From Candidatus Kaiserbacteria bacterium (GTDB taxonomy: Bacteria; Patescibacteriota; Minisyncoccia; Phycocordibacterales; Phycocordibacteraceae): DNA of 64,000 bases. A model generated the notes under the pieces. The model saw only the letters and a list, made by a program, of their open reading frames with translations, was not told the origin of the DNA and did not search any database. Positions 34,929 through 44,036 of this stretch are shown piece by piece. The stretch lies in the NCBI GenBank assembly GCA_023264445.1, contig JAHFMN010000001.1, forward strand, positions 69,928 through 133,927, in the 5' to 3' direction. The translations under genes were made by a program, and so were the position numbers. The first letter of the stretch is position 1. Each line of letters starts with the position of its first letter.

Positions 34929-35168
34929 ATGAGTGAAGGCGAAGAAACAAAAACGACGGTGACTGGAACCGTCGAAGAAGTGTTGCCGAACTCGCTTTTT
35001 CGTGTTCGTCTTCCGGCCCCGGAAGGGGGAGGGGAGGGGGAGCTTGTGCTCGCCTATCTTGCAGGGAAAATGCGTTTGCACCGTATCCGCGTCCTTATGG
35101 GTGACCAGGTAGAAATGGTGCTTGATCCCTACGGGGGCCGTGCGAGAATAGTCCGCCGATTAACATAA
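34929..35168 (+). CDS. infA: translation initiation factor IF-1
   Basis: [16 protein letters not shown]...[21 protein letters not shown] is the S1-like IF-1 fold with a short Gly-rich loop insertion. The start is at the internal ATG. Confidence 0.85.
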   Translation: MSEGEETKTTVTGTVEEVLPNSLFRVRLPAPEGGGEGELVLAYLAGKMRLHRIRVLMGDQVEMVLDPYGGRARIVRRLT

Positions 35169-35182
35169 ATTCACTTTTTAGA

Positions 35183-35299
35183 ATGAAAGTCCGTGCGTCT
35201 ATCAAGGTACAACAGCCAGGAGATCAGCTCGTCCGTCGCGGCGGGCGTTTGTACCGTATCAATAAGAAAAAGCCCCGTCGCAAAGCGCGTCAGGGCTAA
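35183..35299 (+). CDS. rpmJ: ribosomal protein L36, cysteine-free (zinc-independent) form
   Basis: 38 codons: [38 protein letters not shown]. This is L36-like, with all four Zn ligands replaced. Not in the ORF track because it is under 60 aa. Confidence 0.8.
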   Translation: MKVRASIKVQQPGDQLVRRGGRLYRINKKKPRRKARQG

Positions 35300-35315
35300 T
35301 ATTTATTTCATACCT

Positions 35316-35696
35316 ATGCGTATTGCCGGCGTTACCATTCCCGATAATAAGCAGCTCGCCTATGCGCTGCCGCTTATTTTTGGCATCGGTCCGACGCGTG
35401 CTCGAGACATTTTGGAAAAGACCGGCATCCCGGCAACGAAGAAAGGCAGCGAGCTCACTGCAGAAGAAGAGCAGAAGATTCGTGCACTTGCAGAAGGCTA
35501 TACCATCGAGGGAGAGCTACGCCGCGAAATCGGCCAGAACATCAAGCGACTAAAGGATATTCATGCGATTCGCGGCGATCGTCATTCGCGCGGGCTGCCG
35601 GTGCGCGGCCAACGCACGAAGACGAATTCGCGCACGCGCCGCGGCAACGTCCGCAAGACGATGACCTCCGGCCGCCGTACGCTTGAAAAGACGTAA
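35316..35696 (+). CDS. rpsM: ribosomal protein S13
   Basis: MRIAGVTIPDNKQLAYALPLIFGIGPTRA. The ORF-track start lies in the upstream frame; the true ATG is at 35316. Confidence 0.92.
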   Translation: MRIAGVTIPDNKQLAYALPLIFGIGPTRARDILEKTGIPATKKGSELTAEEEQKIRALAEGYTIEGELRREIGQNIKRLKDIHAIRGDRHSRGLPVRGQRTKTNSRTRRGNVRKTMTSGRRTLEKT

Positions 35697-35702
35697 TTAA
35701 AT

Positions 35703-36137
35703 ATGGGAAAGAAACGTATCATCAAGAAGAGCGGAAAAGGTCTCGACCAGGGGCGAAAGGAGCGTGCCATGTCAAAGGTGACAAAGCGGCACCTTGAGAA
35801 GGGTGTTCTCCATATCGAAGCAACCTTCAATAATACAAAGGCGATTCTCACGGATGAAAAGGGGAATGCCATCGTCTCCTCAAGTGCGGGCACGCTCGGC
35901 TTTTCTGGCGCAAGGAAGTCTACGCCCTATGCAGCAGCAAAGGTCGGAGAGTTTCTCGGTGAGAAAGGTACGATGATCGGACTTAAGGAAGCATCGGTCA
36001 TCATCCGCGGTGTCGGCGCCGGTCGCGAGTCGGTCTTGCGTGCGTTCTCGGGGAAGGGCATCCAGATACGCTCCATCAAGGATGTGACACCGATTCCACA
36101 CAACGGCCCGCGTCCGCCAAAGCCGCGCCGCATATAA
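35703..36137 (+). CDS. rpsK: ribosomal protein S11
   Basis: Canonical S11 sequence. Confidence 0.93.
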   Translation: MGKKRIIKKSGKGLDQGRKERAMSKVTKRHLEKGVLHIEATFNNTKAILTDEKGNAIVSSSAGTLGFSGARKSTPYAAAKVGEFLGEKGTMIGLKEASVIIRGVGAGRESVLRAFSGKGIQIRSIKDVTPIPHNGPRPPKPRRI

Positions 36138-36140
36138 ATC

Positions 36141-36752
36141 ATGAAAACCGGACCACGATACAAAATAGCAAAGCGCCTCGGCGCAACGGTGTTTGAGAAA
36201 GCGCAGACGCAGAAGTTTGCGCTTTCCGCCGACCGCAGTGCGAAGAATAAGCGCCGCGGTCGCGGTCGCCAGAGCGAATACGGCAAGCAGATGCTCGAAA
36301 AGCAGAAAGTGCGTATGACTTACGGGCTGCCGGAGCGGCAATTCCGCAACTATGTTCGGAAGGCGCTTGAAGCGCACAGCGCAAAACCGACCGACCGCCT
36401 GCACGAGCTTCTCGAGCTCCGACTCGACAATGTCGTCTGGCGGCTTGGTCTTGCCTCCACGCGCCGCGGCGCGCGCCAGATGGTCGCGCACGGACACGTG
36501 ATGGTCGGCGGGAAGAAAACCCGCGTCCCTTCTCATCTGCTCTCGACTGGCGATACAATCGCTGTGCGCGAGGGTTCCAAGGGACACGGCGTGCTCGTCG
36601 GCTTCGCCGAGCGCTTCGCGGAGCGACCGCTGCCTTCCTGGCTTTCGTGGAATCCCACGAAGATGGAAGGCACGGTCTCCGAGCGACCGACGGCCGCATC
36701 GGCGGATCCGGCGGGCGACCTCGTCGCCGTGCTCTCGTTCTACACGAGATAG
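36141..36752 (+). CDS. rpsD: ribosomal protein S4
   Basis: Canonical S4 with an S4 RNA-binding domain. Confidence 0.93.
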   Translation: MKTGPRYKIAKRLGATVFEKAQTQKFALSADRSAKNKRRGRGRQSEYGKQMLEKQKVRMTYGLPERQFRNYVRKALEAHSAKPTDRLHELLELRLDNVVWRLGLASTRRGARQMVAHGHVMVGGKKTRVPSHLLSTGDTIAVREGSKGHGVLVGFAERFAERPLPSWLSWNPTKMEGTVSERPTAASADPAGDLVAVLSFYTR

Positions 36753-36804
36753 TCGGTTATAGTATTTTCAGTATTAATTAATAACTGGTAATTACGATTG
36801 AGTT

Positions 36805-37749
36805 ATGGAATACCACGTCACACTTCCAAGCAAGCCCCGCATCGTTTCTGAAGAAGGACTGCAGGGTGTATATGAAATAGATTCTTTGTATCCGGGATAT
36901 GGCCATACGCTCGGCAACAGCCTGCGCCGCATCATCCTCTCCTCTCTTCCGGGAGCTTCCGTCACGCAGGTGAAGATAGAGGGCGTTCCGCACGAGTTCG
37001 CCACGGTCGAAGGTATGCGCGAGACGGTCATGGAGCTCCTCCTCAACCTCAAGCGCGTGCATTTCGTCCTCCATGGCGATGAGCCGCAGACTATTTCGCT
37101 CTCGGTGAAGGGGGCACGTGAAGTCACTGCGGCAGATTTCAATCTGCCGAGCCAGGTCGAGATAAAGAACCCGGAACAGCACCTCTGCGATCTTTCAGGG
37201 AAAGCAACCCTTGAACTTGAAGCGACCATTGAACGTGGTCTCGGCTATGTGCCCCGTGAAGCACTCACGAAGGACAAGGTAGACATCGGAACCATTGCGC
37301 TTGACGCGACATTTACCCCAATACGCCGCGTGAACTATGAGGTAGAGAACATGCGCGTGGGCGATCGCACCGACTTCAACCGACTCCGCATCCTCATTGA
37401 GACTAACGGTACGATTGCGCCACGACAGGCACTTGAAGATTCTATTGAGACCATGATCCATCAGTTGAAGGCAATCATCGGTTTCCAGGAGCGCGAACCA
37501 GTCGCATCCGCAGATGCTTCTGCGAAGGTCTCCGAGGGCTCAATTGATAGCACAAAGGTAAAGGTCGCTGATATGGGTCTCTCGACTCGTATTGTTACGT
37601 CTCTTGAAAAGGAAGGGGTTAAGAGTGCAGCTGGCCTTGCTCGCAAGACCGCAAGCGCGCTCAAGGAGCTCGACGGCATCGGCGAGAAAGCGATTGAAGA
37701 AATCTCTGAAGCGCTTGCTGGCTATGGCCTCACGCTCAAGGGCGAATAA
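36805..37749 (+). CDS. rpoA: DNA-directed RNA polymerase alpha subunit
   Basis: Alpha N-terminal domain plus C-terminal domain motifs. Confidence 0.93.
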   Translation: MEYHVTLPSKPRIVSEEGLQGVYEIDSLYPGYGHTLGNSLRRIILSSLPGASVTQVKIEGVPHEFATVEGMRETVMELLLNLKRVHFVLHGDEPQTISLSVKGAREVTAADFNLPSQVEIKNPEQHLCDLSGKATLELEATIERGLGYVPREALTKDKVDIGTIALDATFTPIRRVNYEVENMRVGDRTDFNRLRILIETNGTIAPRQALEDSIETMIHQLKAIIGFQEREPVASADASAKVSEGSIDSTKVKVADMGLSTRIVTSLEKEGVKSAAGLARKTASALKELDGIGEKAIEEISEALAGYGLTLKGE

Positions 37750-37754
37750 TCACC

Positions 37755-38108
37755 ATGGCGTATACGAAAAAAGCTCAAACCTTTCATCGCAAGAGCGGCC
37801 AACGCCGTGCGCTCTTGAAGTCGCTTGCGCGCTCCCTCGTGCTCGAGGAACGCATCTCGACTACCGAGGCGAAGGCGAAGGCATTGCGTCCTCTCATCGA
37901 ACGCCTCGTCACCTATGCGAAGTCGGGCACGCTTGCGAGCCGGCGACTTGCGCAGACCAAGCTTGGCGATCCTGCGGCGGTAAAGAAGCTTTTTGCCACC
38001 ATCGGTCCGCGCTATACGGAACGCAAGGGCGGTTATGTCCGCATCGTGAAGCGTACGAAGCGCGGAAGCAATGATGCTCGTAAGCTTGCGTACATCGCCT
38101 TCGTATAG
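37755..38108 (+). CDS. rplQ: ribosomal protein L17
   Basis: Canonical L17. Confidence 0.92.
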   Translation: MAYTKKAQTFHRKSGQRRALLKSLARSLVLEERISTTEAKAKALRPLIERLVTYAKSGTLASRRLAQTKLGDPAAVKKLFATIGPRYTERKGGYVRIVKRTKRGSNDARKLAYIAFV

Positions 38109-38112
38109 GAAT

Positions 38113-38478
38113 ATGAGCACTCCTATGGAAATCACGACCTACACTATCGATGCAAGCGGCCGCACGCTCGGCCGCGTGGCGAGCGAGGCCGCGAGCGCGC
38201 TTCTCGGCAAGCGCTCCGTACAGTTTGCAAAGAACAAGGCCCTCCCGATGAAGGTCGTTATTGAGAACGCGAGCAAGCTCTATTTGCCTTCGCGACGTAC
38301 GAAAGGTAAGGTCTATACCCGCTACAGCGGCTATCCGGGCGGCCTCTACTCCACGACTATGGAGGAGATGCTTGCGAAGAAGGGCGTTGCGGAAGTCGTC
38401 AAAAAGACCGTAGACGGCATGATCCCGCGCAATAAGCTTCGCGCGCCACGCATGAAGAACCTCATCGTTAAAGCATAG
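38113..38478 (+). CDS. rplM: ribosomal protein L13
   Basis: IDASGRTLGRVASEAASALLGK. The start is at the ATG after the rplQ stop. Confidence 0.9.
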   Translation: MSTPMEITTYTIDASGRTLGRVASEAASALLGKRSVQFAKNKALPMKVVIENASKLYLPSRRTKGKVYTRYSGYPGGLYSTTMEEMLAKKGVAEVVKKTVDGMIPRNKLRAPRMKNLIVKA

Positions 38479-38480
38479 TT

Positions 38481-38879
38481 ATGCCTTCCAAACATTTCAT
38501 CACTGCAGTTGGGCGCCGAAAGACCGCTATCGCGAGCGTGCGCATGATAAAAGCCGCAAAGGGCAGCGTCATGGTCAATGGCAAGAGCGCAAAGGAATAT
38601 TTCAAGACTGATGAGCGCGCAAAGATTGCCGAAGAGGCACTTGCGACCGCCGAGAGCGCGGAGCACTACGAAGTTCATGCTCACGTGGAAGGTGGCGGCA
38701 TCGCCGCACAGGCAGATGCTGTGCGTCATGCCATTTCCCGCGCCATTACCAAGGCCGAGCCGAATACTCGCAAGGTGCTCAAGGCCGCGCACTTCCTCAA
38801 GCGTGATCCTCGCGCCAAAGAGCGCAAGAAGCCAGGCCTCAAGAAAGCCCGCAAAGCGCCACAGTGGTCGAAGCGATAG
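38481..38879 (+). CDS. rpsI: ribosomal protein S9
   Basis: Canonical S9 with the basic tail ending in KR. Confidence 0.93.
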   Translation: MPSKHFITAVGRRKTAIASVRMIKAAKGSVMVNGKSAKEYFKTDERAKIAEEALATAESAEHYEVHAHVEGGGIAAQADAVRHAISRAITKAEPNTRKVLKAAHFLKRDPRAKERKKPGLKKARKAPQWSKR

Positions 38880-38883
38880 AAAA

Positions 38884-38932
38884 ACTAACGAACCGGCTCT
38901 CGCAATCGAGAGCCGGTTCGTTTGCTTTTCTA
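38884..38932 (+). terminator. rho-independent terminator of the ribosomal operon
   Basis: AACGAACCGGCTCTCG-CAAT-CGAGAGCCGGTTCGTT hairpin followed by TGCTTTTCT. Confidence 0.65.
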
Positions 38933-39047
38933 TAACGTAAACACTAGTAGAATGAGTTGCTTTTTATAATTCTCTGGTCTAGTATTCCCCTCGGATGAAG
39001 GAAACGGGGAATTTCCCCTAAATACAAAGAATCTTGGAGGAGTACAC

Positions 39048-39224
39048 ATGAAAGTATTGCCCGCATTTCCAAACCTCAAGCTCGTTGTTCTGCTGCTGCT
39101 TTCTGCTCTCATTCTGAACGAGTGCGATAATCAGCAAAGAAAGCCAAGACTCGGTGATCCTGATTGGGAGTATGACGCCGATCCCGGAAGAGATTATGAT
39201 GCGTCGGGGAATCGCGTCAGGTAA
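39048..39224 (+). CDS. small secreted/lipoprotein-like peptide (58 aa)
   Basis: RBS TGGAGGAG 7 nt upstream. The signal-like sequence MKVLPAFPNLKLVVLLLLSALILNEC is followed by an acidic tail. Below the ORF-track threshold. Confidence 0.4.
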   Translation: MKVLPAFPNLKLVVLLLLSALILNECDNQQRKPRLGDPDWEYDADPGRDYDASGNRVR

Positions 39225-39308
39225 GCTGAGTCATTCGTCATCGATGGATGACCAATCATTTCGTGCATAATGATGGCGCAGGCGACTCATTAACCAAGGA
39301 GGGCAGAG

Positions 39309-39524
39309 ATGGACATTCCGAAGGACAAGGGCTATCCCACCAACAGCGTCCAGTGCGACGGCTGTGGAGGCCATGGCTGCGAGGCCTGTGCCAGTAAAGG
39401 GTGGCTGATCCCGAACACCCACCAGGGAGGGAGGCGCTGCATGAATGACAGCTGCAAGAAACCCCTCCATCCCGCGCATGTCGCAGTCTACTGCTCAAAC
39501 CAGTGCGCCCTAGACGATGTCTAG
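39309..39524 (+). CDS. small Cys-rich protein with a DnaJ-type CxxCxGxG zinc-finger motif
   Basis: RBS AAGGAGG. CDGCGGHGCEAC, plus CMNDSC and CSNQC. 10 Cys in 71 aa. Confidence 0.55.
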   Translation: MDIPKDKGYPTNSVQCDGCGGHGCEACASKGWLIPNTHQGGRRCMNDSCKKPLHPAHVAVYCSNQCALDDV

Positions 39525-39582
39525 ACCGTCCCAACGCGAGCCGTTGAGGACGGTTTCGCTTTATGTTTCTGCAGATAGTATT

Positions 39583-39612
39583 GACATTTCATAATTTAAA
39601 TGGTATTTAAAT
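39583..39612 (+). promoter_or_regulatory. sigma70-like promoter TTGACA-N17-TATTTA with duplicated ATTTAAAT motifs
   Basis: Upstream of the 39651 gene. Confidence 0.3.
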
Positions 39613-39650
39613 AGACAGAGGTATCCACACAAACCAATCGGGGGAGCAGC

Positions 39651-39959
39651 ATGAGCGAGAGAACGTATGCTTTGCATTTGAACGAGGAGCAGCTCATCTT
39701 CTGGACGGAGATACTGGTGGGTAGCTATTGTCGCGCATTAGAAGTCCAACTGCTCGCGGTCACGAGGGGCAGATATTCTTTTGCGGCGCCAGTGATAGAA
39801 GCGGCTCTGCGTGAGCAGATACGCAGCCTGCTACGTGAACCGCTACAGAGCCCGCTCTTCCGCAAAGAGTTCAACGACTACTTCAGCAAGCATCCGGACG
39901 AGGATATCCGTAAGTACGGATGGAGGTGGATGGAGGAGGTCTTAGTCTGGGAGTCCTAA
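39651..39959 (+). CDS. hypothetical protein
   Basis: RBS GGGGGAG. 102-aa ORF with no recognisable domain. Confidence 0.45.
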   Translation: MSERTYALHLNEEQLIFWTEILVGSYCRALEVQLLAVTRGRYSFAAPVIEAALREQIRSLLREPLQSPLFRKEFNDYFSKHPDEDIRKYGWRWMEEVLVWES

Positions 39960-40042
39960 CCGCTGTGGCGAATACCGCCCCGGCGGTTTCGTTTTTCCAT
40001 CCAGGTTTTGACTCTATGAAGACTTTCTGGCATAGTAGGAAA

Positions 40043-40567
40043 ATGGATGAACAGGATGATGTGAAGATCGAGGTCGAAGACCCGGAAGCGGAGGCGCAGG
40101 CCGATACGAAGGTCAAGAAACTCCGCGCGGAGCTCGAAGCATGCCGCAAGGAAAGCCGGGAATACATGGATGGCTGGCAGAGAGCGAAGGCCGATTATGT
40201 AAACGCGCTCAAGCGGTTTAGCGACGATGGTAAGACCTTGGAATTGCGCGGAAAGATAAAGGCCATCGAGACGCTTCTACCGGCCTTCGACGCCCTTGAG
40301 CGCTCCAAAGAGCACGGAGACATCCCAGAGGGATTTATGGCCATCGCCAAACAGCTTGAGAGCGCCTTCTCCTCGCTCGGGCTCGAGGGGCTTGGGAAAG
40401 TAGGGGAAAAATTTGATCCGGCATTCCACGAAGCGCTTGGACAAGACCATACAGACCGTGCTGAAACCGATGACACTATCACTGCAGTTTTGGAAAAAGG
40501 ATGGAAAATAAATGGTTCAGTCGTCCGTCCGGCGAAGGTGCGGGTCGCGCACTTTGCAAGCACATAG
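40043..40567 (+). CDS. grpE: nucleotide exchange factor GrpE
   Basis: Coiled-coil plus the C-terminal GrpE beta domain (ITAVLEKGWKINGSVVRPAKVRV). AGGAAA RBS before the ATG at 40043. Confidence 0.88.
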   Translation: MDEQDDVKIEVEDPEAEAQADTKVKKLRAELEACRKESREYMDGWQRAKADYVNALKRFSDDGKTLELRGKIKAIETLLPAFDALERSKEHGDIPEGFMAIAKQLESAFSSLGLEGLGKVGEKFDPAFHEALGQDHTDRAETDDTITAVLEKGWKINGSVVRPAKVRVAHFAST

Positions 40568-40605
40568 CAACAAGTATAAAATAGCTTTCTAAACTTTAAT
40601 TATTT

Positions 40606-42501
40606 ATGGCAAAAATTCTCGGTATAGATTTGGGCACGACGAACTCCGCGATGGCAGTCGTGGAGGGTGGAGAGCCGCGCGTCCTTGAGAACGCAGAGGG
40701 TGCCCGCACGACCCCGTCTATCGTGGCGGTGGGGAAGACCGGTGAGCGCATCGTCGGTACGCTTGCCAAGCGCCAGTCGGTCACGAATCCGCTCAATACT
40801 ATCTTCCAAATCAAGCGATTCATCGGGCACTCCTTTGATGAGCCAGCCGTGCAGAAGGATAAGGCATCCGTTCCTTTTGAGATGCGCAAGGCCGAAAAGG
40901 GTGGTATCGAAGTGAAAATGACGGAGAAGTGGTACCGTCCTGAAGAGATTTCCGCGATGATACTCGGAAAGATGAAAGCCGACGCAGAGACGAAGCTCGG
41001 CGAGAAGATTACCCAGGCGGTTATCACCGTTCCCGCATACTTTAACGACGATCAGCGCAGTGCGACGAAGGCTGCAGGCCAGATTGCCGGTCTTGAAGTA
41101 TTGCGCATTATCAACGAGCCGACTGCAGCCGCGCTCGCGTATGGATTTAATAAAAAGAAGGACGAGAAGATTGTGGTCTTCGACTTCGGTGGCGGCACGT
41201 TCGATATCTCCGTGCTCGAAGTGGGCGGCGACGTGATTGAAGTGAAATCAACTGATGGCGACGCGCACCTCGGCGGCAAAGACGTCGACCAGAAGATCAT
41301 AAACTGGCTCGCAGATGAGTTTAAGAAAGAAAGCGGCATTGATGTGCGCTCCGACGCGCTTGCGCGCCAGCGCCTTGATGAGGCGGCCGAGAAAGCAAAG
41401 ATTGAGCTCTCGAGCGCGATGGAGACGGAAATCAATATCCCGTTCCTCACCTCCGACGCATCTGGTCCGCGCCACCTACTCATCAAGATGACTCGCGCGA
41501 AGCTCGAAGAGCTTTCAAGCGAATTCATACAGCGCGCGATGGATATCACGAAGCGCGCGATGGAAGCATCGCCGTTCAAGGTCCCCGATATCAATGAGGT
41601 CATCCTCGTGGGCGGTCAGACGCGCATGCCGGCTATCCAAGCCGCCGTTGAAAAATTCTTCGGCAAGAAGCCGAACATGACGGTAAACCCGGATGAGGTT
41701 GTCGCCATCGGTGCGGCCATCCAGGCGGGCATCCTGCAGGGAGATGTGAAGGATATCTTGCTTGTGGATGTCATCCCGCTTTCGCTCGCTATTGAGACGA
41801 TGAGCGGCGTCGCCACCAAGCTCGTCGAGCGCAACACGGCGATTCCGACGAGTCGCTCGCAGACCTTCTCTACTGCTGCAGACAATCAGCCATCAGTAGA
41901 GATCCACATCACGCAAGGCGAGCGCGCCATGAGCGCCGATAATAAGTCGCTCGGGAAATTCATGCTTGACGGTATCCCACCCGCGCCGCGCGGTATGCCG
42001 CAAGTGGAAGTGACGTTTGACGTAGACGCCTCCGGTATTCTGACCGTGAAGGCTAAGGAGAAGACAACGGGGAAGGAACAGTCTATTCGCATTGAGGGCT
42101 CCACCGGGCTCTCCAAAGAAGATATTGCAAAGATGCAGGCCGATGCCGAAGCGCATGCGGCAGACGACGAGAAGCGCAAAGAGCTCGTCGAGGCACGCAA
42201 CATCGCCGACCAAGCCGTCTACGCAGGCGAAAAAGCGATAAAGGAACATGGAGAAAAAGCAGGACCGGAAATAGTGAAAGAGGTGCAGGACAAGATTGAT
42301 GCACTGAAGACCGCACGGGCCAGTGAAGATAGCGGTACCATCAAGACTGCTACCGAGGCACTCTCCTCGGCACTTTCGAAAATAGGGGAGGCGATGGCGA
42401 AACAATCCCAGACTCCGCCACCAGCAGACGGCAGCACGCCGCCTGCGCCTGATGCTCCTCCTGCCGGTCCGACCGACGCCGAGTTCAAAGAGAAGTCCTA
42501 G
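40606..42501 (+). CDS. dnaK: chaperone DnaK (Hsp70)
   Basis: [33 protein letters not shown]. Confidence 0.97.
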   Translation: MAKILGIDLGTTNSAMAVVEGGEPRVLENAEGARTTPSIVAVGKTGERIVGTLAKRQSVTNPLNTIFQIKRFIGHSFDEPAVQKDKASVPFEMRKAEKGGIEVKMTEKWYRPEEISAMILGKMKADAETKLGEKITQAVITVPAYFNDDQRSATKAAGQIAGLEVLRIINEPTAAALAYGFNKKKDEKIVVFDFGGGTFDISVLEVGGDVIEVKSTDGDAHLGGKDVDQKIINWLADEFKKESGIDVRSDALARQRLDEAAEKAKIELSSAMETEINIPFLTSDASGPRHLLIKMTRAKLEELSSEFIQRAMDITKRAMEASPFKVPDINEVILVGGQTRMPAIQAAVEKFFGKKPNMTVNPDEVVAIGAAIQAGILQGDVKDILLVDVIPLSLAIETMSGVATKLVERNTAIPTSRSQTFSTAADNQPSVEIHITQGERAMSADNKSLGKFMLDGIPPAPRGMPQVEVTFDVDASGILTVKAKEKTTGKEQSIRIEGSTGLSKEDIAKMQADAEAHAADDEKRKELVEARNIADQAVYAGEKAIKEHGEKAGPEIVKEVQDKIDALKTARASEDSGTIKTATEALSSALSKIGEAMAKQSQTPPPADGSTPPAPDAPPAGPTDAEFKEKS

Positions 42502-42571
42502 ACATTTTCTATCTGTTCTGTATAATACAACCGAGCTAGGTTGGCTAGCGCGTTCTATAAGGAGTGCACGA

Positions 42572-42763
42572 ATGTTCCCAATCGTGATATTTGCGGCAAT
42601 CGCCTTTGTTCCGATCACGTTGCTAATTGCTCTAATCGAGGAGCGTCCAGCGACGCTGAAGATCCTTGTTGGCATTTGGGTATGTCTCTCCATCTTTATG
42701 TCGATAGGGACCTACGAATTTAGACAGAACCATCCTGACCTGGCCCAAATGATTCGAAGGTGA
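42572..42763 (+). CDS. small 2-TM membrane protein inserted between dnaK and dnaJ
   Basis: AAGGAG RBS 6 nt before the ATG. 63 aa with two hydrophobic helices. Confidence 0.45.
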   Translation: MFPIVIFAAIAFVPITLLIALIEERPATLKILVGIWVCLSIFMSIGTYEFRQNHPDLAQMIRR

Positions 42764-42823
42764 ACTGGGTCGGATTTCAACCTCAGCGGCGCAGGATGCA
42801 ACATCCCCTGTGCCGTTTTTGTT

Positions 42824-42852
42824 TTGCATACAAAAAGTAACAAGAGTATACT
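42824..42852 (+). promoter_or_regulatory. sigma70-like promoter TTGCAT-N17-TATACT (leaderless dnaJ)
   Basis: The -10 box ends 10 nt before the MAKDYY ATG at 42863. No SD. Confidence 0.4.
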
Positions 42853-42862
42853 GATGGAAATT

Positions 42863-43948
42863 ATGGCAAAAGATTATTACAGCGTGCTGGGCGTCGATAA
42901 GAAAGCGAGCCAGGACGATATTAAAAAAGCGTTCCGGAAGCTCGCGCACAAATATCACCCCGACAAGGGCGGCACCGACGAACAGAAATTCAAAGAAATC
43001 ACCGAGGCATACTCGGTCTTGAGCGACGATAAGAAGCGCCGTGAATACGACGCGTATGGCCAGGCATTCCCGGGCGGTGCACCGAGAGGGGGGCAAGCAG
43101 GACAGGGCTTCGGCGGATTCGATTTCAGCCAATTCCAGCAGGGTTTCGGAGGGAATGTGGAGTTTGATTTCGGCGATATATTTGGAGACATCTTCGGTGG
43201 CGGCCGGAATCAGCAGGCGCGCACACCGCGCGGCCGCGATATCTCTATTGATTTGGAAATCCCATTTAAAGACGCCGCATTCGGTACCACTCGTACGGTA
43301 CTCATCGCAAAAGTTTCTACCTGTACGCTCTGCCGCGGTACGGGCGGTAAGCCGGGTACCCAGCTTGAGACCTGTACGACCTGTAATGGCAGCGGCCGCG
43401 TGCACGAGACGCGCAATTCTATGCTCGGCCAATTCACGAGCGTGCGCACCTGCACAGTCTGCGAGGGTAGCGGAAAAGTACCGAAGGAGAAGTGCCCAGA
43501 ATGCAAGGGTCATGGCGTTCGCCGTAAGCAGGAAGAAGTGAAGATACAGATTCCCGCCGGCATTGATAATGGCGAGATGATACGCATGCCACAGCAAGGG
43601 GAGGCCATTAAGGCGGGTGTTGTGGGAGATCTCTACGTGAAGGTGCACGTGAAGCCGCACGCGACCTTCCGCCGCGAAGGAGCGAATCTCATCATGAATC
43701 TGCCGGTGAAGCTGACTGATGCACTACTCGGCACTACCGTCTCAATTGAATCTCTGGAAGGGAAGACGCTTGAGGTAAAGATTCCCGTGATGAAGCGCGC
43801 GGAGGAGCTTCTGCGCGTAGCAGGCAAGGGCATCCCGCTTGAAGGCACACGAGGCGACCTCATCATCCGGCTCGAAGTAGCGCTTCCGCACAAGCTCTCC
43901 GGCAAAGCCAAAAAGAGTGTTGAAGATTTGAAATCCGAGGGGCTCTAG
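42863..43948 (+). CDS. dnaJ: chaperone DnaJ
   Basis: J domain with HPD, a G/F-rich region, and four CxxCxGxG repeats. The start is set at MAKDYY; the ORF-track start lies inside the promoter. Confidence 0.93.
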   Translation: MAKDYYSVLGVDKKASQDDIKKAFRKLAHKYHPDKGGTDEQKFKEITEAYSVLSDDKKRREYDAYGQAFPGGAPRGGQAGQGFGGFDFSQFQQGFGGNVEFDFGDIFGDIFGGGRNQQARTPRGRDISIDLEIPFKDAAFGTTRTVLIAKVSTCTLCRGTGGKPGTQLETCTTCNGSGRVHETRNSMLGQFTSVRTCTVCEGSGKVPKEKCPECKGHGVRRKQEEVKIQIPAGIDNGEMIRMPQQGEAIKAGVVGDLYVKVHVKPHATFRREGANLIMNLPVKLTDALLGTTVSIESLEGKTLEVKIPVMKRAEELLRVAGKGIPLEGTRGDLIIRLEVALPHKLSGKAKKSVEDLKSEGL

Positions 43949-43973
43949 TCAGTTCAGAAATAGTGGTCGACAT

Positions 43974-43994
43974 ACCGCACGGTGTGCGGTATCT
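43974..43994 (+). terminator. hairpin after dnaJ
   Basis: ATACCGCAC-GGT-GTGCGGTAT 9-bp stem with a weak T tract. Confidence 0.35.
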
Positions 43995-44036
43995 TCTGCA
44001 CGGGCAGTTAACCAACCCATTTTGAGGAGAAAGAGT

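Noticed and set aside
39540-40042. HrcA/CIRCE control of the grpE-dnaK-dnaJ operon
   Set aside because: No TTAGCACTC-N9-GAGTGCTAA element and no hrcA gene upstream; only generic sigma70-like boxes.
42824-42862. ORF-track N-terminal extensions of dnaJ (MHTKSNKSILMEIM...), infA (MTIFQTPARL...), rpsM and the SAH gene
   Set aside because: The extensions overlap promoter boxes or terminator hairpins and lack RBSs. Conserved N-termini (MAKDYY, MRIAGV, the IF-1 core) begin at internal Mets.
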